Assembly: GCA_963832165.1 (NCBI GenBank)
Contig: CAWHTE010000004.1
Span: 320,001 to 384,000, forward strand
Length of the DNA stretch: 64,000 bases
Direction of reading: 5' to 3'
From: an uncultured delta proteobacterium
Lineage (GTDB): Bacteria; Myxococcota_A; UBA9160; SMWR01
This document shows, piece after piece, positions 1 to 9,804 of this stretch (positions within the stretch are counted from its first letter, which is position 1; every line of letters begins with the position of its first letter). Below the pieces are notes generated by a model. It was not told the DNA's origin. It made no database searches and saw only the letters and a list, made by a program, of their open reading frames with translations. Position numbers and translations under genes: made by a program.

Positions 1-1
1 G

Positions 2-427
2 CCGACCGTGCGCGCGCTCGACCTCGCCGACCTGATCCTGCTCGTGACGCTGATGGACGTGCCCACGCTCCACCACACGCGTAAGCACCTCGACCTTCTC
101 GAGCGGCTCGGGCACACGGGAGCCCGGATCCGGCTGATCGCGAACCGGGCGTCGTCGGTCGACGCGGTCACGGACAAGGACGTCGCCGACTTCCTGTCGC
201 GCAAGCCCGACTTCCGGATTCCCAACGACTTCCCCACCACGCTCGCCGCGGTCAATCGCGGCGTTTCGGTGGCCGAGATCTCGGCGCGCAGCTCGCTCGC
301 GCGCGCCTACACCGACCTAACGCATACACTGCACGGCTGGTTCGGAGCCGGCCAGGCGGCTGCGCAGGCCGATTCCGCTCCCGCCGGCGCGCTTGCGCGC
401 GTGCGCGGCATGTTCAGGAGGTCGTAA
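2..427 (+). CDS. cpaE: CpaE/TadZ-like pilus assembly protein, C-terminal part (5' truncated by window)
   Basis: MinD/ParA-like C-terminus (ADLILLVT...[16 protein letters not shown]); its TAA overlaps the ATG of the CpaF gene. Confidence 0.75.
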   Translation, partial: PTVRALDLADLILLVTLMDVPTLHHTRKHLDLLERLGHTGARIRLIANRASSVDAVTDKDVADFLSRKPDFRIPNDFPTTLAAVNRGVSVAEISARSSLARAYTDLTHTLHGWFGAGQAAAQADSAPAGALARVRGMFRRS

Positions 428-1794
428 TGGCGTTGCTGGATCGCTTGCGCCGAGAGCCCGAGCAGATGAAGGCGCTCGACAAGGTCGCGAAGCGCGCGCA
501 GTCCGAGGCCGACCACGGACCGGAGACGGCGTATCAGGAGCTCAAGTCGGGCGTGCACAACCGCCTGTTCGAGCTGATCGACCTCTCCAAGCTCTCCAAG
601 GTCTCCGAGGAGCGCGTTCGCCAGGACATCGCGCTGGCCACGCGCCGGATCCTCGACGAGCTGCGCGTTCTGCTCACGCTCGAGGAGCGCGAGCGCGTCG
701 TCACGGAGATCCAGGACGAGGTGTTCGGCCTCGGCCCCCTCGAGCCGCTGCTCGCCGACCCGACCGTCTCCGACGTGCTCGTGAACGGGCACAACAAGAT
801 CTACGTGGAGCGCCACGGCCGCCTCGAGCGCACGGTCGCGCGCTTCAAGGACGATTCGCACCTGATGCGCATCATCGAGAAGATCGTGTCGAGCGTCGGA
901 CGGCGCGTCGACGAGCTGAATCCGATGGTCGACGCTCGGCTCCAGGACGGCTCGCGCGTGAACGCGATCATTCCGCCGCTCGCGCTCGACGGTCCGCTGC
1001 TCTCGATCCGGCGATTCCCGGCCGACCCGCTGCTCGCCGACGACCTGATCGAGAAGGGCTCGCTCACGGCGCCAATCGTGGAGATCCTGCGCGGCGTCGT
1101 GGGCTCGCGCCTCAACGTGCTGATCTCGGGCGGTACGGGCTCGGGCAAGACGACGCTCTTGAACGTGCTGTCGAGCTTCATCGGCTCGACCGAGCGCGTC
1201 GTCACGATCGAGGACTCGGCCGAGCTCCAGCTCAAGCAGGAGCACGTGGGGCGGCTCGAGACGCGGCCCGCGAGCATCGAGGGCAAGGGCGAGGTCACCC
1301 AGCGCCAGCTCGTGATCAACGCCCTGCGCATGCGCCCCGACCGCATCGTGGTGGGTGAGGTCCGCGGACCCGAAGCGTTCGACATGCTCCAGGCCATGAA
1401 CACGGGCCACGACGGCTCGCTGACCACCGTGCACGCGAACTCCGCGCGTGACGCGCTGTCGCGCATCGAGAACATGGTGGCGATGTCGGGCCTCGACATC
1501 CCGCAGCGCGCGGTGCGCAGCCAGATCGCCTCGGCGATCCACGTGGTCGTGCAGCTCTCGCGTCTGGCCGACGGCCGCCGCCGCCTGATGAGCCTCCAGG
1601 AGATCACCGGCATGGAAGGTGACATCGTGAGCATGCAGGAGATCTTCACGCTCGAGCGCAAAGGCCTCGACAGCGATGGCAAGCTCAAGGTCGAGCTCGT
1701 GGCGACCGGCATCCGGCCGCGCTTCGCCGAGCACCTGCGCGCGAACGGCGTGGAGCTGTCTCCGGGCATCTTCGAGCCGCGTTCGTCGTATTAG
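427..1794 (+). CDS. cpaF: CpaF/TadA family pilus assembly ATPase
   Basis: Walker [49 protein letters not shown]. Confidence 0.95.
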   Translation: MALLDRLRREPEQMKALDKVAKRAQSEADHGPETAYQELKSGVHNRLFELIDLSKLSKVSEERVRQDIALATRRILDELRVLLTLEERERVVTEIQDEVFGLGPLEPLLADPTVSDVLVNGHNKIYVERHGRLERTVARFKDDSHLMRIIEKIVSSVGRRVDELNPMVDARLQDGSRVNAIIPPLALDGPLLSIRRFPADPLLADDLIEKGSLTAPIVEILRGVVGSRLNVLISGGTGSGKTTLLNVLSSFIGSTERVVTIEDSAELQLKQEHVGRLETRPASIEGKGEVTQRQLVINALRMRPDRIVVGEVRGPEAFDMLQAMNTGHDGSLTTVHANSARDALSRIENMVAMSGLDIPQRAVRSQIASAIHVVVQLSRLADGRRRLMSLQEITGMEGDIVSMQEIFTLERKGLDSDGKLKVELVATGIRPRFAEHLRANGVELSPGIFEPRSSY

Positions 1795-1808
1795 TCCAGG
1801 GGATCGCG

Positions 1809-2789
1809 ATGCCTCCGATGCTCTACGTGCTGATCTTCCTCGCCGCATTCCTGGCCGTGGAAGGCGTGGCGATGATCATGAGCGAGCGGCGCTCGGGTAC
1901 GCGCGCCACCGCGCGCAAGCGCCTGCGCCAGATCGCGCTGGGCCTCCAGGATCCGGACGTCCAGAGCGAGGACTCGATTCTGCGCGCGCGGCGCGAGGTG
2001 AAGAAGCGGCTGCTCGACCTCGCCCACTACCTGCCGGGCGGCGTCGAGCTCGAGCGGCGCCTGTACCAGGCCGGCCTCACGATCACGCCGGGCCGCTTCA
2101 CGATGCTGTGCATCGCGATCGGCGTGGGCGCATGGATGGTGGCTGCGGTCGTGTTCTACAACCCGGCCACGGCGTTTCCGTTCCTGCTCGCGGGATTCCT
2201 CCCGTTCATCCAGATCGCGCGGCTGCGCTCGCAGCGCATGTACAAGTTCGAGGAGCAGTTCCCGGAGGCGCTCGACCTGATCACGCGCGCGATGCGCGCG
2301 GGCCACTCGCTGACCTTCGGCTTCCAGATGGTGGGCGACGAGATGCCCGACCCGATCGGCTCCGAGTTCGGCCAGGTGGCCGAGGAGATCAAGCTCGGCC
2401 GCGAGCTCAGGGTCGCACTCGCGAACCTCGCCTACCGCGTCGAGGCGGGCGATCTGCCGTTCTTCGTCACCGCGATCACGATCCAGCGCGAGACGGGCGG
2501 CAATCTCGCCGAGGTGCTGGAGAAGCTCGGCACGCTGATCCGCGAGCGCTTCGCGCTCTACGGCAAGGTGCGCGCGCTCACGGCGATCGGGAAGGCGTCC
2601 GCGAACCTGCTCGCGTCGATGCCCTTCCTGCTGGTCTTCCTGCTCTACACCTGTGGCGGTGAGGGCGGGCGCTCGTACGTGGAGCCGCTATACACCACGA
2701 GCGCGGGGTTGATGCTGTCAGCAGTGGCGGTGGGGCTGGTCGTGATCGGCTACATCATGTGCCGCCGCATGGCGCAGATCGAGGTCTAG
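1809..2789 (+). CDS. tadB: Tad pilus inner-membrane protein TadB (T2SS F family)
   Basis: FEEQFPEALDLITRAMRAGHS and IQRETGGNLAEVL motifs, TM segments, directly after cpaF. Confidence 0.9.
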   Translation: MPPMLYVLIFLAAFLAVEGVAMIMSERRSGTRATARKRLRQIALGLQDPDVQSEDSILRARREVKKRLLDLAHYLPGGVELERRLYQAGLTITPGRFTMLCIAIGVGAWMVAAVVFYNPATAFPFLLAGFLPFIQIARLRSQRMYKFEEQFPEALDLITRAMRAGHSLTFGFQMVGDEMPDPIGSEFGQVAEEIKLGRELRVALANLAYRVEAGDLPFFVTAITIQRETGGNLAEVLEKLGTLIRERFALYGKVRALTAIGKASANLLASMPFLLVFLLYTCGGEGGRSYVEPLYTTSAGLMLSAVAVGLVVIGYIMCRRMAQIEV

Positions 2790-2798
2790 GGGGAAGCG

Positions 2799-3728
2799 AT
2801 GGAGCTCGTGCTCGCGCTGATCTTCGCGTCAGTCGTGTCCGTGGGATACGCGTTGATGAATCTCGGGCAGCGCCCCGAGCAGGCGCGGCTCGCGAAGCTC
2901 GCGGGCGCCGGCGTCGCCAAGCAGTCCAACGCCGAATCGCAGGGCGTGCTCGCGCGTCAGGACCTCTCCTGGTTCGACCGGCTCATGCAGCCGTTCGCGG
3001 GCAACCGCGAGAGGGCGACCGGGGAGGCCCTCGCTCCGGTCCGGCGCCGGCTCACGTATGCGGGCTACCGGCGCGAGACGTCGGTGATGACCTACATGGG
3101 CAGCCGCGTCGTGTTCGCGGTGCTTCTGCCGATCGCGGTTCTGATCACGCCCGCGGCGTGGGAGCTCGAGCAGCTCCAGCTCGTCACGGGGCTGTGCGCC
3201 GCGGCCGGGATCGGCCTGATCGGCCCGAGCTACTGGCTCGACCAGAAGGTCAAGGCGCGACAGAAGTCGCTCCGGCTCGCGCTTCCCGACGCGCTCGACC
3301 TGATGGTGGTGTGCGTGGAGGCGGGCCTCGGCATCAACGCGAGCCTCAAGCGCGTGGCGGAGGACTTCCGCAACACGCATCCGATCCTCTCCTCCGAGTT
3401 CGAGCTGGCGAACTTCGAGACGCGCGCGGGCAAGAGCACCACCGAGGCGCTGCGCGGACTCGCCGATCGCACGGGTGTCTCGGAAGTGAGCTCGCTCGTG
3501 GCGATGCTGATCCAGACCGAGCGCTTCGGTACGGGCCTCGCGGACACGCTGCGTGTGCACGCGGACGGCATGCGGCTGCGCCGGCTGCAGAGCGCCGAGG
3601 AGCAGGCCAACAAGGCACCGCTCAAGATGCTGTTCCCGACCGTGTTCATCTTCGTCGCCGTCATCATCATCGTCGTGGGCCCTGGCTTCCTGCAGATGTC
3701 GCAGTACTTCGGCAAGGCCAACGGATGA
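2799..3728 (+). CDS. tadC: Tad pilus inner-membrane protein TadC
   Basis: LPDALDLMVVCVEAGLG, LIQTERFGT, AEEQANKAPLKMLFP motifs. Confidence 0.9.
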   Translation: MELVLALIFASVVSVGYALMNLGQRPEQARLAKLAGAGVAKQSNAESQGVLARQDLSWFDRLMQPFAGNRERATGEALAPVRRRLTYAGYRRETSVMTYMGSRVVFAVLLPIAVLITPAAWELEQLQLVTGLCAAAGIGLIGPSYWLDQKVKARQKSLRLALPDALDLMVVCVEAGLGINASLKRVAEDFRNTHPILSSEFELANFETRAGKSTTEALRGLADRTGVSEVSSLVAMLIQTERFGTGLADTLRVHADGMRLRRLQSAEEQANKAPLKMLFPTVFIFVAVIIIVVGPGFLQMSQYFGKANG

Positions 3729-4846
3729 CGCTGAGCCCCGTGGCTCCCACAGGTCGGGGATTCGCAGCATGGTTCGGGCGCGCCGCGCAGGTCGCGCTCG
3801 TCGTGCTGCCGATGCTCGGCTGCCAGACGCTCGGCTTCGGCGAGAAGGATCCGATGCGCGCGGAGCTGCGCCGGCTCGAGAAGGAGCAGCGCGCGCGCGC
3901 GAGCAAGGAGCAGCTGATCGAGGAGTCGAGGGAGCAGGAGCGCAAGAAGAAGCCGGAGACGATGGAGCAGCGGCTCGCACGCGGTGACGCCGCGCTTGCC
4001 GAGGGAAAGGTGGCCTCTGCGCTCTGGGAATACGCAGCCGCTCACCAGATCAAACCGAAGGCCGCCGCACCACGCGAGCGGCTCGGCTACGTGCACCTGC
4101 GCCAGAACCCCGAGCGCGCTCAGCCGCTGTTCGAGAGCGCGCTCGAGCTCGAGCCGGACTCGGTCTCGGGCCACATCGGTCTCGGGCTCTCGATGCTCGC
4201 GGGCGGGAATCGCGACGAGGGCCTGAAACACCTCGAGCGCGCCGTCGAGATCGATCCGAAGTCGCCGAAGGCGCGCGCGGCGCTCGGCGTGTCGCTCGAT
4301 CAGCTCGGCCGGGGCGAGGAGGCACTCGTGCAGCTGGAGGCGGCGCGCGAGCTGCGTCCGCACGACGCACGGATCTTGAACAACCTCGCGGTCGCCAACC
4401 TGCGGGCGGGAAAGCCCGAGCGGGCCGAGGAGCTGCTGCGCGCAGCGCTGCGCGAAGATCAGCAGGACTTGGAGCTGCGCGAGAACAATCTCGGCATGGC
4501 GCTCGCGATGCAGGGCCGCTTCGACGCGGCGCTCGAGGCGTTCCGGCGCGTGGGCGACGAGCAGAGCGCGCGCTCGAACCTCGGCTACGCGCACTACGTG
4601 CGCGGCGAGTACGACCGCGCGATCGCGCAATACGAGAAGGCGCTGCTCGCCGGCGGTGACGCGAACGTGCAGGTGGTGCGCAACCTCGAAGCCGCGCGCA
4701 AAGCGCAGGAGATCGCGAAGCGCGCTCCCGCGCAGCCGCCCGTCGCGGGTGCGCCCCCGGTGCTGCCGGCGCCCCAGGTCGATCCGGGCGCGATCGCGGA
4801 CCAGGTCAGCCCGGCCGCACCGCCCGCGAGCGACGCGCCGAACTGA
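3725..4846 (+). CDS. tadD: TPR-repeat lipoprotein, TadD/CpaO-like
   Basis: ATG at 3725 overlaps the tadC stop; lipobox-like MLGC; several TPR motifs (NNLAVA, NNLGMALA, SNLGYAHY); Pro/Ala-rich tail. Confidence 0.75.
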   Translation: MTLSPVAPTGRGFAAWFGRAAQVALVVLPMLGCQTLGFGEKDPMRAELRRLEKEQRARASKEQLIEESREQERKKKPETMEQRLARGDAALAEGKVASALWEYAAAHQIKPKAAAPRERLGYVHLRQNPERAQPLFESALELEPDSVSGHIGLGLSMLAGGNRDEGLKHLERAVEIDPKSPKARAALGVSLDQLGRGEEALVQLEAARELRPHDARILNNLAVANLRAGKPERAEELLRAALREDQQDLELRENNLGMALAMQGRFDAALEAFRRVGDEQSARSNLGYAHYVRGEYDRAIAQYEKALLAGGDANVQVVRNLEAARKAQEIAKRAPAQPPVAGAPPVLPAPQVDPGAIADQVSPAAPPASDAPN

Positions 4847-4898
4847 CCGATTCCACGCGATTCGGATACGATCGACCGCCTCCGTGAGGGAGGCTCCG

Positions 4899-5753
4899 AT
4901 GTCGGTCGAGATTCCGCATCTGTCCGCGCGTGACTCCAGAGCCGACGTGGTGGCCGCGCTCGATGAGCAGGGCGCCGTGATCGTCGAAGATCTGCTCGAC
5001 GCCGCGCTGCTCGCGCGCTTCAACGCCGAGCTCGATCCGCTGCTCGACGCCGCGCAGCCCGATCGCCAGTTCCTGAACCCCGCGATCGACTGGTTCTTCG
5101 GCAAGCGCACGCGGCACGTCTCCGCGGTGGCCGCGCACTCGCGCACGTTCGCGACCGACGTGCTGTGCCACCCGCTGCTGCTCGGCGTCTGCGACGCGGT
5201 GCTCGGACCCGCGTGCGCGAGCTATCAGCTCAACATCGCGCACGTGCTCGACCGCGGCCCCGGCGCCGAGGCGCAGTTCCTGCACCGCGACGAGCTGGTC
5301 TGGGTGCACGTGCCGCGCCCGCACCCGGAGCTCCAGGTCGCGTCGGTGATCGCGCTCGAGGACTTCCGCGCCGAGAACGGCGCCACGCGCGTGGTGCCGG
5401 GCAGCCACCGCTGGCCGCTCGACCGCAAGCCCGAGGAGCGCGAGATCACGGAGGCCGTAATGCCCCCGGGCGCGGCCGTGATCTATCTCGGATCGACGAT
5501 CCACGGCGCGGGCGCCAACACCACGGTGGATCGGCGCCGCCGCGGCATGCACGTCTCCTACGTGGTGGGTTGGCTGCGCACCGAGGAGAACCAGTACCTC
5601 TCGGTGCCCGTCGAGGTCGTGCGCGAGCTGCCGCGCCGCGCGCAGGAGCTCCTGGGTTGGGCGGCGCACGACGCGCTCGCGTCCGGCGGCGGCTATCTCG
5701 GCACGGTCGATCTGCGCAGCCCCGTGGACCTGCTCGCGGAAGGATCCCTCTGA
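4899..5753 (+). CDS. Phytanoyl-CoA dioxygenase (PhyH) family Fe(II)/2OG dioxygenase
   Basis: QFLHRD (HxD), NGATRVVPGSH, distal His in IHGAGAN, WLRTEENQ; GGGAGG RBS. Confidence 0.88.
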   Translation: MSVEIPHLSARDSRADVVAALDEQGAVIVEDLLDAALLARFNAELDPLLDAAQPDRQFLNPAIDWFFGKRTRHVSAVAAHSRTFATDVLCHPLLLGVCDAVLGPACASYQLNIAHVLDRGPGAEAQFLHRDELVWVHVPRPHPELQVASVIALEDFRAENGATRVVPGSHRWPLDRKPEEREITEAVMPPGAAVIYLGSTIHGAGANTTVDRRRRGMHVSYVVGWLRTEENQYLSVPVEVVRELPRRAQELLGWAAHDALASGGGYLGTVDLRSPVDLLAEGSL

Positions 5754-5757
5754 GCCC

Positions 5758-6762
5758 GTGCGACGACTGCGCGACGTCGCCAATCCCAACGCACTGCGGC
5801 TCCAGCTCAACCGCTGGCTGCGGCCGCTCGACCTCGGGCTGTATCGGCCGTCGCTCGTCGAAGCGGAGCAGGGCATCCCGGAGCGCACGCCGCTGCCCGA
5901 GGGCGCCGCAGAGGTGCTGCGCGCGTCGAACCCGCACCTCGTCGAGCTCGCGCGGCGCTACCGCGGGCATCCGGCCGCGGCGCGCTCGGGCTGGTCCGAT
6001 CTGCGCCTGCAGGGACAGATCGACCTGTGTTATTTCCGCGGCGACAGCCAATATCTCTACCAGCGGCGCGGTACCCCCGAAGCGGCGTTCGCGCTCGCGG
6101 CCGACTACGTCGCGCGGCACGGTGTGCTCGGGCTCCTCGAGGCATTCTCCGAGGACGGCGCGTTCGGCGCGCTCACGTTCGAGGCCTTTGGCCGGCGCGT
6201 GAGCCGCGACCTGCTCGACTCCGCGCTCGAGATCGAGGCGCTCGCTGCCTGGCTCGGCGCCGACCGGCTGGCCGCGGCGCGCGTGCTCGACGTGGGCGCA
6301 GGCTACGGGCGGCTCGCGCATCGCCTGTGCACGTGGTCACCGCGCGCTCGCGTGGTCGCGACCGACGCCGTCCCGCTCTCGACCTTTCTGTGCGAGTACT
6401 ACCTGGGCTACCGCGGCTGTACGAACGCCAAGGTGATCCCGCTCGACGAGGCCGAGGCCGCGATCGGCCGCGGCGGCTTCGACCTCGCCGTGAACGTGCA
6501 CAGCTTCGCCGAGGCGCCGCGCGCCGCCGTCACGTGGTGGCTCGAGCGGATCGCGGCCGCGCGCGTTCCGCGCCTCTGGATCGTGCACAACGAACGCGAG
6601 CTGTTCGCGCTCGAAGCGGACCTCTCGCGCAAGAGCTACGACGACGTGCTCACGAAGCTCGGCTATCGGCGCGTCGATCTGCGCGCGAAGTACGCGCACT
6701 CCGACACCGTGCAGCGGCTCGGCGCGTTCCCGGCCTGGTATCACGCGTTCGAGCTCGCTTGA
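5758..6762 (+). CDS. SAM-dependent methyltransferase, putative sugar O-methyltransferase
   Basis: SAM motif VLDVGAGYGRLAH; FDLAVNVHSFAE; SRDLLDS motif. Confidence 0.7.
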   Translation: MRRLRDVANPNALRLQLNRWLRPLDLGLYRPSLVEAEQGIPERTPLPEGAAEVLRASNPHLVELARRYRGHPAAARSGWSDLRLQGQIDLCYFRGDSQYLYQRRGTPEAAFALAADYVARHGVLGLLEAFSEDGAFGALTFEAFGRRVSRDLLDSALEIEALAAWLGADRLAAARVLDVGAGYGRLAHRLCTWSPRARVVATDAVPLSTFLCEYYLGYRGCTNAKVIPLDEAEAAIGRGGFDLAVNVHSFAEAPRAAVTWWLERIAAARVPRLWIVHNERELFALEADLSRKSYDDVLTKLGYRRVDLRAKYAHSDTVQRLGAFPAWYHAFELA

Positions 6763-6782
6763 GCGGCGATCGGCGTCTGGCC

Positions 6783-6890
6783 GCAGAAGGCGGGATCCGC
6801 TCGCTGCGCTCGCTTCTCCCGCCCTACGAAACGCGTAGGGCGGGAGGAGCCGAGGCGCCGCAGGCGCCGAGAGCGGATCCCGCCTCCTGC
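6783..6890. repeat. Nested REP/REPIN-like palindrome between convergent genes
   Basis: Inner arms CTCCCGCCCTACG (6816-6828) and CGTAGGGCGGGAG (6834-6846) are perfect complements and contain GTAG; outer arms 6783-6802 and 6871-6890 match at 19/20. Confidence 0.7.
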
Positions 6891-6907
6891 GCGCCCGCGT
6901 CGCGTCT

Positions 6908-8005
6908 TCAGGCCAGCGCCGGGATCACCCGCTCGCCGAGCAGCTCGATCGACCGCATCACGGACTTGTGCGGGATCTTGTAGGGGTTGACCAGGCAGAA
7001 CAGCATGTCGCAGCCCGACGCCGCATAGCGCGCGCCGATCTCGATGCAGCGCTCGGGGTCGCCCACCATCGCGGCCCCCGAGTCGCGGATGTAGTCGAAG
7101 TTCATCTGGTCGAGCGTGCCGGCGTCGCGGCTCTTCTGGATGTCGCCCGCGTAGGCGTAGTTGCCGAGGTCGCGGCCCTCCATCCAGTCGGCGAGCGAGG
7201 CGATCTGCTTCGCGCCGACCGTCGGATACCAGACCATCGACTCGGCCGCGTCGCTGAACGCGCGATCGTTCGTGTCGGCGCAGTGCACCATCGTGAACGT
7301 CGCGGCCCGGTTGTTCATGAACTTGCCGACCGGCTTCTGGCACTCCGCGATGCCTTTGCGGTACTCGGCGACCTTCTCCTCGAACGACTCGGGCGGGAGC
7401 CCGACGCTGAACGAGCACAGACCGATGCCGAGGCGTCCGACCTGCCGGTGCCCCTCGAGGCTCGTCGTCGCGCCCCAGATCGGCGGGTGCGGGTCCTGGA
7501 GCGGCTTCGGCAGCACACGCCGGCGCGGCATCGACCAGTAGGTTCCGTGGAACGAGTACTCGTCGTTGGTCCAGCAGCCGACGATGTGCTCGAGCGCCTC
7601 GTGCCACATCGCGCGCGTGTGCTTCGGGTCGATGCCGAAGCCCTCGAGCTCGGCGCGCGTCGCCGAGCGGCCGGTGCCGAACTCGACGCGCCCGTCGGAG
7701 AGCAGGTCGAGCACCGCCACCGACTCCGCGGTGCGCACGGGGTGGTTGTACGGCCGCGGCAGCAGGCGCACGCCGTAGCCGAGCCGCAGCTTCGACGTCT
7801 TCGCGGCGATGTGCCCGTACAGGATCTCCGGGTTCGAGCAGTGCGAGAACTCCTCGAGGAAGTGGTGCTCGACGGTCCACAGGCTGTGGAAGCCCGCCTG
7901 CTCGCCGAGCACGGCCTGCTCGACGACGTTCTTGTACGCCTCGTGCTCGCTGTGGCGGCTCCAGGGCCGCGCCACCGGAATCTCGTAGAACAGGGCAAGC
8001 TTCAT
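6908..8005 (-). CDS. LLM class flavin-dependent oxidoreductase (luciferase-like)
   Basis: WTVEHHFLEEFSH, DLLSDGRVEFGTGRS, PKPLQDPHPPIW. Confidence 0.9.
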   Translation of the reverse strand: MKLALFYEIPVARPWSRHSEHEAYKNVVEQAVLGEQAGFHSLWTVEHHFLEEFSHCSNPEILYGHIAAKTSKLRLGYGVRLLPRPYNHPVRTAESVAVLDLLSDGRVEFGTGRSATRAELEGFGIDPKHTRAMWHEALEHIVGCWTNDEYSFHGTYWSMPRRRVLPKPLQDPHPPIWGATTSLEGHRQVGRLGIGLCSFSVGLPPESFEEKVAEYRKGIAECQKPVGKFMNNRAATFTMVHCADTNDRAFSDAAESMVWYPTVGAKQIASLADWMEGRDLGNYAYAGDIQKSRDAGTLDQMNFDYIRDSGAAMVGDPERCIEIGARYAASGCDMLFCLVNPYKIPHKSVMRSIELLGERVIPALA

Positions 8006-8652
8006 TTCTGGACCTTCAATTTGGGTGGAGAAGACCTGCGCGCGAGCGCGTTGCGCCCCACCTCGGCGAGCTGGAGCAGTCGCTCGCGCAGGGGATAGTT
8101 CGGGAGCGTGACCCAGTTGATCAGGATTCCGAGGTACGTGGCCACGGCGAGCTCGGCGTAGAACTCGAGGTTGTGATCCGGATCGATGTCTCCGCGCGCG
8201 ACGCCGTCTTCGAGCATGGATCGGATCGCAACGTGGAGCCTGAGCGTGCGCTCGGAGCCCTCGCCATCCACCTGCGCCACGCGCACGAACTCGAGCAGCA
8301 CCTCGCGCGTGAACTGCCGCGAGACGCGCTCCGCCGCGTCCGCGGTGAGCTCGAAGAAGTGGCGGAACCGCTCGGCGGTGGACCCGGGATGAATGCGCGC
8401 TTCCGCGAGCATGCGCGCCGTCTCGTCGAGCGAGCGGTTCGCGAGCTCTTCGATCAGGTGCTGCTTGGTCGGGAAGTGGTTGTAGAACGTCTTCTCGGCC
8501 ACGTCGGCGGTGTCGGCGATCTCGAGCGCCGTGGTGGCCGCGAAGCCCTTCTGCTCGAAGAGCGCGATTCCCGCCTCGAGGATCCGCTCGTGGATCTCGC
8601 GACGGCGTCGCTCGCGCCGGCTCGGCAAGAGATCGGGGGTCGCCGACGTCAT
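8002..8652 (-). CDS. TetR/AcrR family transcriptional regulator
   Basis: N-terminal HTH ILEAGIALFEQKGFAATTALEIADTADVAEKTFYNHFPTK; overlaps the LLM gene start by 4 nt. Confidence 0.9.
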   Translation of the reverse strand: MTSATPDLLPSRRERRRREIHERILEAGIALFEQKGFAATTALEIADTADVAEKTFYNHFPTKQHLIEELANRSLDETARMLAEARIHPGSTAERFRHFFELTADAAERVSRQFTREVLLEFVRVAQVDGEGSERTLRLHVAIRSMLEDGVARGDIDPDHNLEFYAELAVATYLGILINWVTLPNYPLRERLLQLAEVGRNALARRSSPPKLKVQK

Positions 8653-8708
8653 GGGCAGTCTCCGGTACCGTGGGCGCGTCGAGGGTGTGAACCCGGAGAG
8701 GGGAGTGA

Positions 8709-8724
8709 GCTGTAATCCTACAGC
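8709..8724. promoter_or_regulatory. Candidate TetR operator palindrome GCTGTA-ATCC-TACAGC
   Basis: Perfect 6-bp inverted repeat in the divergent intergenic region next to the TetR gene. Confidence 0.4.
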
Positions 8725-8770
8725 CCGCGGCATGATGCGTCGGATCGCCGCGCGAGTCCAGAGGGAAGGG

Positions 8771-8983
8771 ATGACGATCGAGATCGGGAAGCTGTGGGCG
8801 TGGTGCCGCAGGCATCCGGTCGCGTGCGCGGCGTTCGTGATCGGAACGGCCGCGGGATCGGTGTCGGCGGTGGCGTTCGAGATCGGACCCGAGGAGATGG
8901 CGACCTGGAAGCGCGCGCTCGGCGGCGCGGTTGCGGGTGCGTGGCTGGCGATGTTCCCGCTCGGCGCGCGGCTGTTCGACTGA
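8771..8983 (+). CDS. Small hypothetical membrane protein (70 aa, two hydrophobic segments)
   Basis: Purine-rich RBS before ATG 8771; TGA overlaps the ATG of the SDR gene. Confidence 0.6.
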   Translation: MTIEIGKLWAWCRRHPVACAAFVIGTAAGSVSAVAFEIGPEEMATWKRALGGAVAGAWLAMFPLGARLFD

Positions 8984-9786
8984 TGGATCTCGGACTCGAC
9001 GAACGCGTCGCGCTCGTGACGGGCGCCTGGCGAGGCACCGGACGCGGCATCGCGACCGTGCTCGCCGAGGAGGGCGCTCGCGTGTGGCTGCACGGCTTCG
9101 ATCTCGCGCTGGCCGAGCGCGAGGCGGCCGCGCTGCGCGCGGAGGGCTGCGACGTGCGCGCGGTGGCGGGCGACATCCGAAGCGATGCGGGCGCGGCGCA
9201 GGTGTGCGAGGAGCTGCTGCGCGACGGCGGTCGCGTCGACGTGCTCGTGAACAACTACGGAATCGCCGAGGGGCCGGGCTGGTTCGATGGCACTACCGAC
9301 GATTGGATCGAGAGCTACCAGAACAACGTGCTCGGGGGCGTGCGGCTCGTGCGCGGTCTCGTCCCGGGCATGCGCGAGCGCGGCTTCGGGCGCGTGATCT
9401 TCGTGGGCACGGTCGGATCGCTGCGGCCCGGCTCGCGCACACCGCACTATTACGCCGCGAAGGCGGCGCTGCCCAATCTCACGGTCGGGCTCGCGAAGGA
9501 GCTCGCCGGCAGCGGGATCACCGTGAACACGGTGAGCCCGGGCATCATCGCCACCGACGAGGTGCGCGAGAGCTTCCGGCGCCGGGCTGCAAAGCGGGGA
9601 TGGAGCGGCGACGACGTCGAGCTCGAGCAGCGCGCGGTTGCGGAGTTCATGCCGAATCCGAGCGCGCGCGCGGGGCGAGTCGAGGAGGTGGGTGCGCTCG
9701 TGGCGTTCCTGGCGAGCCGCCATGCGGGATACATCAACGGAGCGAATCTGCGCATCGACGGCGGGGCTGCTGACGCGGGGGTTTGA
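8983..9786 (+). CDS. SDR family oxidoreductase
   Basis: TGAWRGTG Rossmann motif, DVLVNN, YYAAK (YxxxK), INGANLRIDGG. Confidence 0.9.
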   Translation: MDLGLDERVALVTGAWRGTGRGIATVLAEEGARVWLHGFDLALAEREAAALRAEGCDVRAVAGDIRSDAGAAQVCEELLRDGGRVDVLVNNYGIAEGPGWFDGTTDDWIESYQNNVLGGVRLVRGLVPGMRERGFGRVIFVGTVGSLRPGSRTPHYYAAKAALPNLTVGLAKELAGSGITVNTVSPGIIATDEVRESFRRRAAKRGWSGDDVELEQRAVAEFMPNPSARAGRVEEVGALVAFLASRHAGYINGANLRIDGGAADAGV

Positions 9787-9804
9787 AGTTGTCACCCAGG
9801 CCAC

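Noticed and set aside
307..1848. Long antisense and alternate-frame ORFs (this one, also 10119-12893, 49935-52958, 57104-59935 and others)
   Set aside because: Shadow ORFs typical of high-GC DNA: Arg/Ala/Pro-rich, no motifs, overlapping well-supported genes
2759..3724. N-terminal extension of the TPR ORF
   Set aside because: It overlaps tadC out of frame; ATG 3725 followed by a lipoprotein-like signal is the plausible start
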